DNA of 47,185 nucleotides. Source: an uncultured Spirochaetales bacterium. GTDB taxonomy: Bacteria; Spirochaetota; Spirochaetia; Sphaerochaetales; Sphaerochaetaceae. A program made the translations under genes and the position numbers. Within the stretch, counting starts at the first letter, position 1; every line of letters begins with the position of its first letter. The notes beneath the pieces are model-generated. The model did no database searches and had not been told where the DNA came from. It was given only the letters and a program-made list of their open reading frames with translations. This document shows positions 34,131-43,428 of this stretch, piece by piece. The stretch covers positions 1 through 47,185 of the forward strand of contig CAMEXG010000001.1 of NCBI GenBank assembly GCA_945947045.1. Reading direction: 5' to 3'.

Positions 34131-35602
34131 TTTCTTCCCTCCCCTGCCAAAGGCAACATCACGATAAAGGAAGTTCCCCCATCCCTACGTGGTGTAAATG
34201 AAATAGACCCCAAGTGCCTTTTTATTACAAGCCTGGTGAAATACATACCGATTCCCCAGTTAGTAGAACTATTCTTGGAAGAATGGAAAGGCTCCCAAAG
34301 ATGCTTTTTTAATTTCCTATCTATACCCTTTCCTCTATCACTAAAAATAATCTCGACCCACATTCGTCCATATTTGACCTGTATCTCTATGGGATCATGC
34401 CGTTTATTATCAAGCGTTGCTTCTATTCCGTTTTGTATAATGTTATATAAAGCCTCTGAAAGAAAGGTTGTATCTGCAAGAATGAGTTTTGTAGTTTCTT
34501 CGGTATCGACATTAATCTGGTAATTGCAGAAATTCTCTCTTACTCTCTTCTTACACTCTTCTATTACATCCATCATTGAAGCTGGACGAAGTCTTATTGA
34601 GTTTACTTTGAGAGATTTATTTAGCTTCTCCAACCTTGTCACAAGAGAAGCGTTGATCTGTGATAGTCTCTCGATATCACCATCCTCAGGGTAATTTTTC
34701 TTTACTTTATCTAGGAGGATACGTGTAGCCAACAAGTCATTCTTTGTTCCATGAACAAACATGGATACTCCTCTAGCTGTGGAACTGACCTCTCTTCTTA
34801 TTTTTACTTCCGCCACCTCCTCTCCAAATGTAATTGAGAAATACCTGATAAGAGAGGCCATGGACAGGATACCAGATAGCAAAGCTCCTATCATGACTAC
34901 ATAGTTGAAGCCTGATGAGAATCCTCTATGTAGATACCATAGACCAAGCATCCACATATAATCGTTTCTATAGAAAAGATAAACTTGGGCAGGATCCTGA
35001 GGAAAGAAAAGACCATAGATCATTACGAGAGAAAGAATGATCATGAATTTCATAATAAATCTCAATCTGAAGAAAGAGAGCTTGGTACCCCATAGTTCGA
35101 TGATCATCATGAGAATAGACATGGCTAAATAAAGAATAATCCATATTTTTGTAACAGTGACTACAATCCCCATTGCAGTGGGATTTGAAGAGAATGTCTC
35201 AAAGAACTGGGGGATATAAATAAGTATACCCATCAATGGGAGGATAAATAACAACAATCCTTTTTTTATTAAATTACTCTTATTCAGCTTTCCAGCCATA
35301 TTCAAAGATGAGAGCAAAAGAAAATAAGGAGAAAGATATCTTCCTATAGCCATCATGAATCCAAGTCTATTCATTGTGAAGACTTGATACATAAGCTTTT
35401 GTCTAACCCGATTGTTTCCATAGAGGACAAAGGTTGTAAAGTCTGTTATTCCTCCTTTTTTGGCTATATATACAGAAATTGTATAAAGGAAAAAAGTTAT
35501 TGATCCCACTGCCAAGAAAAGAAGGGCGCTTCTTAAATCACGTCTCAACAAAAGAAGAGCAAAAGACATAAAAAGTGTTATCAATAACAATACTGGGAGC
35601 AT
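34127..35602 (-). CDS. polytopic membrane sensor histidine kinase
   Basis: About 260-aa N-terminal domain with about 7 TM segments, H-box-like FVHGTKNDL, HATPase N/G boxes (NIIQNGIEA, DRGKGI, GIGM). ATGA overlap with the regulator. The exact start is uncertain (no SD). Confidence 0.8.
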   Translation of the reverse strand: MLPVLLLITLFMSFALLLLRRDLRSALLFLAVGSITFFLYTISVYIAKKGGITDFTTFVLYGNNRVRQKLMYQVFTMNRLGFMMAIGRYLSPYFLLLSSLNMAGKLNKSNLIKKGLLLFILPLMGILIYIPQFFETFSSNPTAMGIVVTVTKIWIILYLAMSILMMIIELWGTKLSFFRLRFIMKFMIILSLVMIYGLFFPQDPAQVYLFYRNDYMWMLGLWYLHRGFSSGFNYVVMIGALLSGILSMASLIRYFSITFGEEVAEVKIRREVSSTARGVSMFVHGTKNDLLATRILLDKVKKNYPEDGDIERLSQINASLVTRLEKLNKSLKVNSIRLRPASMMDVIEECKKRVRENFCNYQINVDTEETTKLILADTTFLSEALYNIIQNGIEATLDNKRHDPIEIQVKYGRMWVEIIFSDRGKGIDRKLKKHLWEPFHSSKNSSTNWGIGMYFTRLVIKRHLGSISFTPRRDGGTSFIVMLPLAGEGRK

Positions 35603-35673
35603 AAGAAAATTATAAATCAGCTAAATTAAGGAGACAAGAAAATATAAAATCGATATTCATTTACCCAATATTT

Positions 35674-35700
35674 GTGAAAAGACCCGAGATTTCTCCCGGG
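35674..35700 (-). terminator. possible terminator after the NitT/TauT binding-protein gene
   Basis: Imperfect GC-rich hairpin (CCCGGGAGA...UCUCGGG with a bulge) followed by UCUUUUC on the minus strand. Confidence 0.4.
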
Positions 35701-35723
35701 CCATTAATTCACAAAGAATGGAA

Positions 35724-36725
35724 TTAGTTGTGTGCAGCTTCAAGCATGATGTCAAAGAGGACGTAGTTCTCAACTGGAGTTGTAGGATCAACTGCATCAC
35801 CGAATGCAAGCTTCTGAACTTCATAGAGAGCCTTGATAGAACCATCTTTGATTCCGTTGATTGTATCTGCTTCTGTATACCACTTTGCACCATGGACTGT
35901 CTGATACTGAATCTCAACGTCACCTGCAACCTGCTTAGCAACCCATTCAGCAACCTGTCTCATGTTCTCTTCCTTTGCTCTGAAGTCTTCACCCTTATAG
36001 AGTGCTCTTGTGAACTTGACAAGTGTATCGTGGTTAGCTTCAGCCCACTTTGGCATGACGATCCAAGAAGCGATGTTGACTGTCTCGTCAGAGAATGTTT
36101 CGTTTCTAGCGATTACAACAGCATCGGAACCGATCTGAGAGCACATTGTTTCTGTTGATGGTGACCATGTAGCACATGCATCGAGAGAACCAGATGTCAT
36201 AGCAGATGTGAGAGAAGAAGCATCCATTTCGTAAGCTGTGATGTCATTCATAGTGAGTCCAGCTTTCTTAAGACCGAGCATGAGGATGTTCTCTGAAGAT
36301 GTTCCTGAAGAATAACCGACTTTCTTTCCTCTGAGGTCAGCGAGAGATTCTACACCATGAGACTTGAGACCGACGATAGCGTCACCGTTTCCAAGGTGAG
36401 AGAATGCGAAGATGGAAGCACGACCATTGATACAAAGCTTATGAGCGCCATGTCCGATGTATCCGATATCGATAGAGCCGGATTCCATAGCAGCGATGAT
36501 AGTAGGACCGTCTGCGAATTCAACAAGGTTAACCTTGAGGCCTTCTTCTTCGAAAGCGCCTGTCTCAATTGCAGCCATTACGGAGCAGAGAGATGCATAG
36601 TTTGGCATATATGCAACGTTGAGAGTCTTGAGAGAAGAAGTTGTTGCCTTTTCTTCTGCTCCCTGAGCGAAAATGCCTGTAAGAGCGATGACTGCTACCA
36701 AAAGAATAGCGATTGCCTTTTTCAT
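35724..36725 (-). CDS. NitT/TauT-family (NMT1/SsuA-like) ABC substrate-binding protein
   Basis: Signal peptide MKKAIAILLVAVIALTGIFAQG. 333 aa with an SsuA/ThiY-like pattern. Confidence 0.8.
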   Translation of the reverse strand: MKKAIAILLVAVIALTGIFAQGAEEKATTSSLKTLNVAYMPNYASLCSVMAAIETGAFEEEGLKVNLVEFADGPTIIAAMESGSIDIGYIGHGAHKLCINGRASIFAFSHLGNGDAIVGLKSHGVESLADLRGKKVGYSSGTSSENILMLGLKKAGLTMNDITAYEMDASSLTSAMTSGSLDACATWSPSTETMCSQIGSDAVVIARNETFSDETVNIASWIVMPKWAEANHDTLVKFTRALYKGEDFRAKEENMRQVAEWVAKQVAGDVEIQYQTVHGAKWYTEADTINGIKDGSIKALYEVQKLAFGDAVDPTTPVENYVLFDIMLEAAHN

Positions 36726-36765
36726 TTTATATCTCCTTTTTTTGTTTTCAAAAATGTGGTTCCGA

Positions 36766-37557
36766 TTATTTTCTTACCTCAAGGTATTCATGATATACCT
36801 GAGACCAAATCTGGTTCTTAAGCTCCAAGAATCTTGGGCTCATCTTTGTCTCCTGATCACGTGGATAAGGAATATCTACATCGATGATATCCTTGATTCT
36901 TCCTGGTCTAGCGGACATTATGACGACTCTTTGACCAAGGATGAGGGCTTCGTCGACATCGTGGGTGATGAAGAAGCAAGTCTTTCTTTCCTTTTCCCAT
37001 GTCTCCAACAACTCCTGCTGAAGCTGAGTTCTTGTCTGAGCATCCAAAGCTCCGAATGGCTCGTCCATCAATAAGACTTCAGGATTTGCAGCATAAGCAC
37101 GAGCGATTGCGACTCTCTGCTTCATACCGCCACTGAGTTCCTTTGGATAGTGGTCGCAGAACTTCTCAAGATCAACCATCTTGATGTACTTCATTGCGAT
37201 ATCTTCTGCTTCCTGCCCCTTTATTCCTTTCATCTGAAGTGGGAAGAGGACATTCTTCTTTACTGTGAGCCAGGGAAAGAGTGCATACTGCTGGAATACG
37301 ACACCTCTATCTGGACCTGTTCCATGGACTTCCTTTCCATTACAGATGATCTTTCCGCTTGTAGGCTCCAAAAGACCAGCCATAATATTGAGGATTGTAG
37401 ACTTTCCGCAACCAGATGGACCGACGACAGTAATAAACTCGTTGTCCATAATATCCAGGTTTACACCGTTGAGAGCTACTACCTCACCAGTTCTTCCCTG
37501 ATATGTCTTCTTAACGTTCTCAATGTGAACTTTTATATTTCTCTCTTCTCCTGCCAT
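36766..37557 (-). CDS. NitT/TauT-family ABC ATP-binding protein
   Basis: Walker A GPSGCGKST, LSGGMKQRV, Walker B LLMDEPFGALD. 263 aa, SsuB/TauB-like size. Confidence 0.9.
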   Translation of the reverse strand: MAGEERNIKVHIENVKKTYQGRTGEVVALNGVNLDIMDNEFITVVGPSGCGKSTILNIMAGLLEPTSGKIICNGKEVHGTGPDRGVVFQQYALFPWLTVKKNVLFPLQMKGIKGQEAEDIAMKYIKMVDLEKFCDHYPKELSGGMKQRVAIARAYAANPEVLLMDEPFGALDAQTRTQLQQELLETWEKERKTCFFITHDVDEALILGQRVVIMSARPGRIKDIIDVDIPYPRDQETKMSPRFLELKNQIWSQVYHEYLEVRK

Positions 37558-38324
37558 CCTGTCAACTTCCTTTCAAGTAATTGTATAAGCTTCTCAACTG
37601 TGATTCCGATGATACCGATGATGATGATATATAGAAGCATCGGAGCTGTTTCGAAGTTGTTGTTAAGTGATCTGATTCTCATTCCCAATCCAGCGAATGC
37701 ACCTGTAGATTCTGCGGCGATAAGTGTCGTGAGGGCACAAGAAGCACCGAGACGTACAGCTGTAAGAATGAATGGAAGAGATGCTGGAGCAAGAACGCGA
37801 AGGAAGATATCCTTATCTTTAGCTCCAAGGACTCTTGCTGCCTTAATAAGCGTCTCGTCAATGTTTACGATTCCCTGATACATTGTGATACACATAATGA
37901 GACAGGTTGCGATTGTAATGACGATGATCTGTGGTTTTCTTCCTACTCCTGCTGCGATGACAATGAGCGGAACATAAGCAAGAGGTGGTATGTTTCTGAT
38001 GAACTGAATCCATGGCTGGATAATTCTTCTTACAGGATTATACCAAGCCATAAGAATAGCCAATGGAAGTGCAATGACAAAACCAAGGGCATATCCAGCA
38101 CTTACAGAGATAAGAGAAGAAGAAATATCCTTCCAAAGAACGCCTCTCTGAATCATGACACCAATCTGCTTAAAGACGACGAAGATATTGGGGAATGAAC
38201 GTGCAGTAGCCGGCAACACTGATAAAAGTGTCCAAAGTGCTAGAGCACAAAGTAAAGAAATACCGAGCCAAATCCAATTTGTAAGTTTCTCGTTGGTTTT
38301 GCCTCCCTTTAGCTTTGCAGCCAT
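37533..38324 (-). CDS. NitT/TauT-family ABC permease
   Basis: 263 aa, 6 TM segments, EAA loop (LIKAARVLGAKDKDIFLRV). Confidence 0.85.
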   Translation of the reverse strand: MAAKLKGGKTNEKLTNWIWLGISLLCALALWTLLSVLPATARSFPNIFVVFKQIGVMIQRGVLWKDISSSLISVSAGYALGFVIALPLAILMAWYNPVRRIIQPWIQFIRNIPPLAYVPLIVIAAGVGRKPQIIVITIATCLIMCITMYQGIVNIDETLIKAARVLGAKDKDIFLRVLAPASLPFILTAVRLGASCALTTLIAAESTGAFAGLGMRIRSLNNNFETAPMLLYIIIIGIIGITVEKLIQLLERKLTGWQEKREI

Positions 38325-38412
38325 TTATTACCTCCTAATTGTTAATCTGAGTCTAAATCACCTTTTCCAAAAAGATAGGTTGAAATTTATTACGCCCATC
38401 AAAAGGTGAAAA

Positions 38413-39906
38413 CTAATTGAAATAGACGGGACTAAGGAATGCCACGCTTCCGTTCTTCTGGAATATTTCCATATGGTAGAAAGCATTACCCTTAATATCG
38501 TCTTCTACTTCCCCTTCTATTCTGTATAAACTTTCTCCAATAGCTTGATGAACTTTGAAGGAAGGAGAGTTTGTAATTCCAACAGGGTAACAGAACGAGT
38601 TGTTTAGTAGATCTCTTATTTTCAATCTCACTTCCCTATCATTAACTTTGATAGACAGAAGAGTATCAAGAGAACCGTCGATCTCCATTACGACCATGGA
38701 TGTAGAAGGTGTGGTAGGATTAATATTCTTTGCGGTCTGTACTCTACCTTCCAAATGGTCATCACTAATAATACTTGCCCTGTTATCGATGACATTGCAG
38801 TCCTCTGGTACTTCTACTCCTTCTTGTGGAGCCAATACACTCTTACCTCTGAAACACTTTTCAAGAGAAGAAAACTTCCCGTTTTCAAGCTTTACATCAA
38901 AGTCCCAGGTAAGGAGATCTTTCTTTCCACCCCAGCCGAATTCAAGTCTTACTTTGTATTTTCCTTTTTCGTTGACTACTCTGAAACTCTCACCATTTAT
39001 TACAGCTATAGGCTCCAGATTTCTGTAGATTACAGCTTTGTCCAACAAATATGACAGATCCATTTTATAGTGGACGGTATGATGGCTTATAGAAGATGAG
39101 ACTTTATCACCCATAATAAAACCATCTACATCAAAGAATGCTTTGATCTTGTCTCCACTGAGTGCATACGTATGACGTTTTTTAATAGCGTCGATGATGC
39201 TGGACCTATCGTTATTATCAGCAAGGACACATAAACACCCGTCACCATAGGAACCAGGATAACCTGCGTGATGGTCCGTAGAACCTACAAAGCCAAATTG
39301 TCTCCCCTTTTCCAGTCCCCTATATACAGTGTTCCTACTGTCTCTGCCTCCCATATTGTGGTAATAAGGGAAAGGATGAGAATCGCTCATGGAGCATCCA
39401 TGCTTACTTATCACCTCGACCACAGGGAAAAGAGAATCATCATATTCATCCCAGTTTATTCCCCTGTATTCAGGAGCATAGGCAATGTGATGGGGAATGA
39501 TCACTGTATCTTTATACCCTTTCGTCTCTTCATAGAATTCTCTAGGAGTCTTTGCATCTGTCAGCAACGGAATTGAAGTATCCCCAGAGACAATATGATG
39601 GTCTCCAAAGTGATGAGAGTGCATCTCATAACCTATAAACGTAGTGAACTCGCCCTCTTTATTGTACTTCTCGAAGATAGCTTTGTTTCCTTCATAGTTA
39701 CCTTTCAGCTTGGCAAAACCTTTCTTGTGGAATGCAACCAGGAACTCTGTATCCGGGGTTACAGGTGGGATATCTGGCCAGAAAGCGTGTCCTGTCACCG
39801 CAACAAAGTCCAAGTGGCTCCTAGCGTTCACAAGTGCATTCTCCAAGCTTCCATAGCCATATGAAATACCACAGTGATCATGAATATCTCCAAATAGATA
39901 TTTCAT
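38413..39906 (-). CDS. PHP-domain / DUF3604-like metal-dependent hydrolase with a C-terminal beta-rich domain
   Basis: His-rich PHP-type motifs GDIHDHCGISYG, VAVTGHAF, YEMHSHHFGDHH, IIPHHIAY, GSTDHHAG. No signal peptide. The ATGA start overlaps the nagA stop. Confidence 0.6.
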   Translation of the reverse strand: MKYLFGDIHDHCGISYGYGSLENALVNARSHLDFVAVTGHAFWPDIPPVTPDTEFLVAFHKKGFAKLKGNYEGNKAIFEKYNKEGEFTTFIGYEMHSHHFGDHHIVSGDTSIPLLTDAKTPREFYEETKGYKDTVIIPHHIAYAPEYRGINWDEYDDSLFPVVEVISKHGCSMSDSHPFPYYHNMGGRDSRNTVYRGLEKGRQFGFVGSTDHHAGYPGSYGDGCLCVLADNNDRSSIIDAIKKRHTYALSGDKIKAFFDVDGFIMGDKVSSSISHHTVHYKMDLSYLLDKAVIYRNLEPIAVINGESFRVVNEKGKYKVRLEFGWGGKKDLLTWDFDVKLENGKFSSLEKCFRGKSVLAPQEGVEVPEDCNVIDNRASIISDDHLEGRVQTAKNINPTTPSTSMVVMEIDGSLDTLLSIKVNDREVRLKIRDLLNNSFCYPVGITNSPSFKVHQAIGESLYRIEGEVEDDIKGNAFYHMEIFQKNGSVAFLSPVYFN

Positions 39907-41027
39907 TTATCCTCCTTTTCAAAGACTACTTCTCCTCCTACAATAGTCTTCATCACTTCATTTTCTTTCGAAAGAACTACCATATCAGCCCTCTTCCCCA
40001 CTTCAAGAGCCCCTCTATCAGAGAGTCCCATCATATTTGCCTGGTTAAGAGAAAGAATTCTCCATAAAGTTTCAGGACCCAGTCCTGTAAACTTAATTAG
40101 GTTTCTCAATGCTTTATCGAGAGTAAGGGTAGAGCCAGCCCTGACACCATTTCTAAGCTTTGCGTCTCCGTCCTTTACCACAACGTCATTTACACCCAGC
40201 TTATACTCTCCGTCAGGAAGACCTGCAGCCATAATAGAGTCAGTAATGGCCACAACTTTATCCAGACCCTTTGTTTTGAGAACCAATCTTACTGTTCCAG
40301 GATGAAGATGAAAGCCGTCTGAAATAATCTCAGTATAAACTTGGTCGCTTTCAAGGGATGCCCCGGATATAGCTGGTCGATGCATATGAAATAGCTTCAT
40401 TGCATTAAAAAGGTGTGTAGCAGATGTCACTCCATTCTCTATGGCTTCCAATGCTGTTTCATACTCTGCACTGGAGTGTCCCATGGAGACTACAACACCC
40501 TTTCGTCTGAGAGAAGAAATAAAAGGCATGGCACCCTCTCTCTCTGGAGCGATTGTGATATATGAAATATGACCACGGGAAGCTGTAAAATATCTATCAA
40601 ACAACTCTGGATCGGGATCCACTATCAGCTCTGAAGGCATGGAACCTTTATATTCATCTGATAGGAAAGGCCCTTCCAGATGAATTCCTACTAGCTGAGC
40701 TCCCTTCAACTTCTTTTCCCTTGCCTCTCCCAATACTTTAAGGCACTTTACCATGCTCTCCTCTGTATCGGTGACAAGAGAGAGCTGAACAGATGTAACA
40801 CCATGAGAAGCATAGAAGGAGGAGAGTCTCTCCACATCTTCCATACTCTCAATATGGTTTACATCCATTCCTCCACCGCCGTGGGTATGGACATCAATAA
40901 AGCCAGGAAGAATAAGAGGATAGTTTCCGTCTTCAATCTCCTTAATGCTCTTTATTTTTTCTCCCTCTGTCTCAATTTCTACACTGATAAGTCTTGAATT
41001 AAAGGGAATCTTTCCAAAAAGTGTCAT
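39903..41027 (-). CDS. nagA: N-acetylglucosamine-6-phosphate deacetylase
   Basis: 374 aa amidohydrolase: GFIDVHTHGGGG, HLEGPF, THLFNAM. Confidence 0.9.
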   Translation of the reverse strand: MTLFGKIPFNSRLISVEIETEGEKIKSIKEIEDGNYPLILPGFIDVHTHGGGGMDVNHIESMEDVERLSSFYASHGVTSVQLSLVTDTEESMVKCLKVLGEAREKKLKGAQLVGIHLEGPFLSDEYKGSMPSELIVDPDPELFDRYFTASRGHISYITIAPEREGAMPFISSLRRKGVVVSMGHSSAEYETALEAIENGVTSATHLFNAMKLFHMHRPAISGASLESDQVYTEIISDGFHLHPGTVRLVLKTKGLDKVVAITDSIMAAGLPDGEYKLGVNDVVVKDGDAKLRNGVRAGSTLTLDKALRNLIKFTGLGPETLWRILSLNQANMMGLSDRGALEVGKRADMVVLSKENEVMKTIVGGEVVFEKEDK

Positions 41028-41842
41028 TAAAAAGCCCTCTCTGAAGCGATATTATTTGTAAGAATCAATGCATCAGGATGGTTCTGCAACAAGGTTACAG
41101 GGAAGTGTCCGCTAGGCTCGTCAAAGATAGCCTGTCTGACTACAGCCCTATGCCAAGGTCTGAATACACCAAGAACAACCTTTCTTGCTTCTATTATTTC
41201 TTTGATTCCGATTGTCACTGCATATACAGGCATAGCATCTATGGCGCCATTAAGGTCACCGATGGCATTGGCACATCTTGTTTCTCTCGAGATAGCAAGG
41301 ACTCTCGTATCACGGGTAGCAAACTCTTCTGCAGATACTTCTTCAGCCTCATTAAAAGCAAGATGCCCGTTTATTCCGATTCCTCCGAAGCAGATATCTA
41401 CGCCGCCGAGTTCCTCGATCTTTTTTCCTACACTCTCTGGATTCTTTGGATCTGGAAAGAATCTCTGAGACTCAGGTACGTTAAGTTCCTCTGGAATCTG
41501 GGAGTAGACTTCTCTCTCCATAAAACCACGGAAAGAGAGAGGAGAAGATGAGTCGATGTATTCTTTATCATCTGTCAAATACTCGTCCATGTTGAAGAAC
41601 CAACAATTAGCGAGAGAAAGATTCCTCTCTTTTACAAGCCTTACAAATATCGGGTACTGTCCCACTGGTCCTACTGGGCATATAAATACAGTTTTCTTTC
41701 CTTTTTTGTTATTCTCTTCAATTGTATCCACCATGATGTGGGCAATCTCAGAAAAGACTTCACCGCTATCTCCCAGACATTTGACAGGGATTCTTCCCTC
41801 TCCCAGTCTTTCTTTAGGATATGAATAATATTTTTTGTCCAT
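41027..41842 (-). CDS. nagB: glucosamine-6-phosphate deaminase/isomerase family protein
   Basis: 271 aa. The NagB/6-PGL fold pattern includes FFNMDEY, GGIGINGHLAFNE. TAATG junction with nagA. Confidence 0.82.
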   Translation of the reverse strand: MDKKYYSYPKERLGEGRIPVKCLGDSGEVFSEIAHIMVDTIEENNKKGKKTVFICPVGPVGQYPIFVRLVKERNLSLANCWFFNMDEYLTDDKEYIDSSSPLSFRGFMEREVYSQIPEELNVPESQRFFPDPKNPESVGKKIEELGGVDICFGGIGINGHLAFNEAEEVSAEEFATRDTRVLAISRETRCANAIGDLNGAIDAMPVYAVTIGIKEIIEARKVVLGVFRPWHRAVVRQAIFDEPSGHFPVTLLQNHPDALILTNNIASERAF

Positions 41843-41901
41843 TTGATCCTCCGTTATTATGAGTCTAACACCACTATGGGAGAATCAAAGGATGATTTTT
41901 C

Positions 41902-43428
41902 TTAATACCGGTTGCAGTAAAGAGCGTTGTCTATAGCTTCCAAGACAGCTCCTCCCAGGGCTCTGGCTTTATCGCTCACTGTAGTATGGTCGGTCTCCTC
42001 CCCCCTTGGATCTACATCTGCGATCTTAAAGTGCTCTGGAACATATAGACCGTCATGCAACAGTCCTCTGAGGCGGCCTGAGATAGTAGTAAACTGAGGT
42101 TCGTCATCAACGTAAGCTACAATATCCCCCTCTTCTACAATATCCCCTATCTCTCTGTTTCCCTTAAAGACTCCTGCTCTTGATGAGTGGATTACTCTTT
42201 CTTTTCCCTTTCCTCCTATTAATCCTGGAGTTCCAGTATTCTCCATTGCCCTTCCTTCATATATCAGGCGTCCCAGTTTATGACCACGCATAGTCTCGAT
42301 AACCACATCAGCATCAACGCCTGCTGTAAAACCAGGGCCGAGAGCCACTACAAAAGGTGCCATGCCTACTCTTGTCCCCAGGTTCTTCTTAGCAATAATG
42401 GCGTCGACAACCACTCCTGGTTTAAGTTTCTCTACGGTTTCTCCCTTTGGGTCTATTAATAGTGGTACTGAACCTAATTTAAGAATATCCAAAGCTTCAT
42501 CGATATCTTTAGCCAGCCTGCACTCCACTCCCTCAATTGTTTTTGTCCCTTCATAAACTACGTCAGCAAATGAAACAGTTCGTCTTATTACAGTGGGATT
42601 TGGGATTTCCAACGCTATGCAGTTATATCCGGCGTTGTGTAGGCGGATAATAGTACCAGTGGCCAAATCACCTGCACCTCTAACTACAACTAGTCTCCTT
42701 CTCCACTCAGAGTGAGGAAGAAGAGATCTGTTGTTAAAGCGTGCAAGAACTTCGCTTGCTGTGGAGATTGCTATCTCTTCCGGTGTCTCTTCTCCCAGAT
42801 CGATGCCCATAGGGCTATAGACTCTCACATCGTTACTCCAAACTCTCTTTCTTGATGACAATAACCCTATATAAAAAGTCCTGGTGTCCAGAGCAAAGGG
42901 AAGAATATCGGTGTTTATCTCAGGAACTGTAGAAATAAGAGCAGTGTTATCGTCGATCAAAGCTTTTTTCAAGCCTTCTTTATATTCACTTACAATACGA
43001 CGGGCAAAGGGATAAGACTCTTCTGTGTTGAGATCTTTTCTTGGATCCACAACCGTCACATGCCACTTTATAGAATAAAAGACATCATAAAGGGCTTTTC
43101 CCACATGTCCGGCACCAAGAATTACCACAGATCTATCTTTAATAGGAATATCTATCATGACACTTATCTCTCCTTTGTCTCTCACTTTTATTCTCTCTAT
43201 TCTATTCTTACCATTCTTAATTGCTTCTTTAGCCAAAGATTTGGCTTCTGCTTCCTGAGCCCCGCCGCCTATTGTTCCGACACATTCGCCATCTTTAGAC
43301 ACCGCCATTCTCCCTTCCTTTCTGCTTACAGTTCCGGAAGAAGATATTATGGTAAGAAAAGCAAACGGGATATTGTTCGCCTCCCAACGGCTACACTCTT
43401 TAAAGAGACTCATAGATTTTATCCTCAT
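41902..43428 (-). CDS. yqeB: XdhC/CoxI-domain plus YqeB-family selenium-dependent molybdenum hydroxylase accessory protein
   Basis: 508 aa. N-terminal XdhC_CoxI (GTIGGGAQEAEA), a Rossmann-like middle (VVILGAGHVGKAL), and a C-terminal YqeB-type region (VVVRGAGDLATG...IRRTVSFADVVYEG). An alternative start is at 43413. Confidence 0.72.
   Translation of the reverse strand: MRIKSMSLFKECSRWEANNIPFAFLTIISSSGTVSRKEGRMAVSKDGECVGTIGGGAQEAEAKSLAKEAIKNGKNRIERIKVRDKGEISVMIDIPIKDRSVVILGAGHVGKALYDVFYSIKWHVTVVDPRKDLNTEESYPFARRIVSEYKEGLKKALIDDNTALISTVPEINTDILPFALDTRTFYIGLLSSRKRVWSNDVRVYSPMGIDLGEETPEEIAISTASEVLARFNNRSLLPHSEWRRRLVVVRGAGDLATGTIIRLHNAGYNCIALEIPNPTVIRRTVSFADVVYEGTKTIEGVECRLAKDIDEALDILKLGSVPLLIDPKGETVEKLKPGVVVDAIIAKKNLGTRVGMAPFVVALGPGFTAGVDADVVIETMRGHKLGRLIYEGRAMENTGTPGLIGGKGKERVIHSSRAGVFKGNREIGDIVEEGDIVAYVDDEPQFTTISGRLRGLLHDGLYVPEHFKIADVDPRGEETDHTTVSDKARALGGAVLEAIDNALYCNRY

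Noticed and set aside
38359-38408. 8-bp inverted repeat CACCTTTT ... AAAAGGTG with a 34-nt spacer between the PHP gene and the ABC permease gene.
   Set aside because: The stem is A/U-rich and weak, with a long loop and no adjacent U-tract. That is not enough to call a terminator or a structured RNA.
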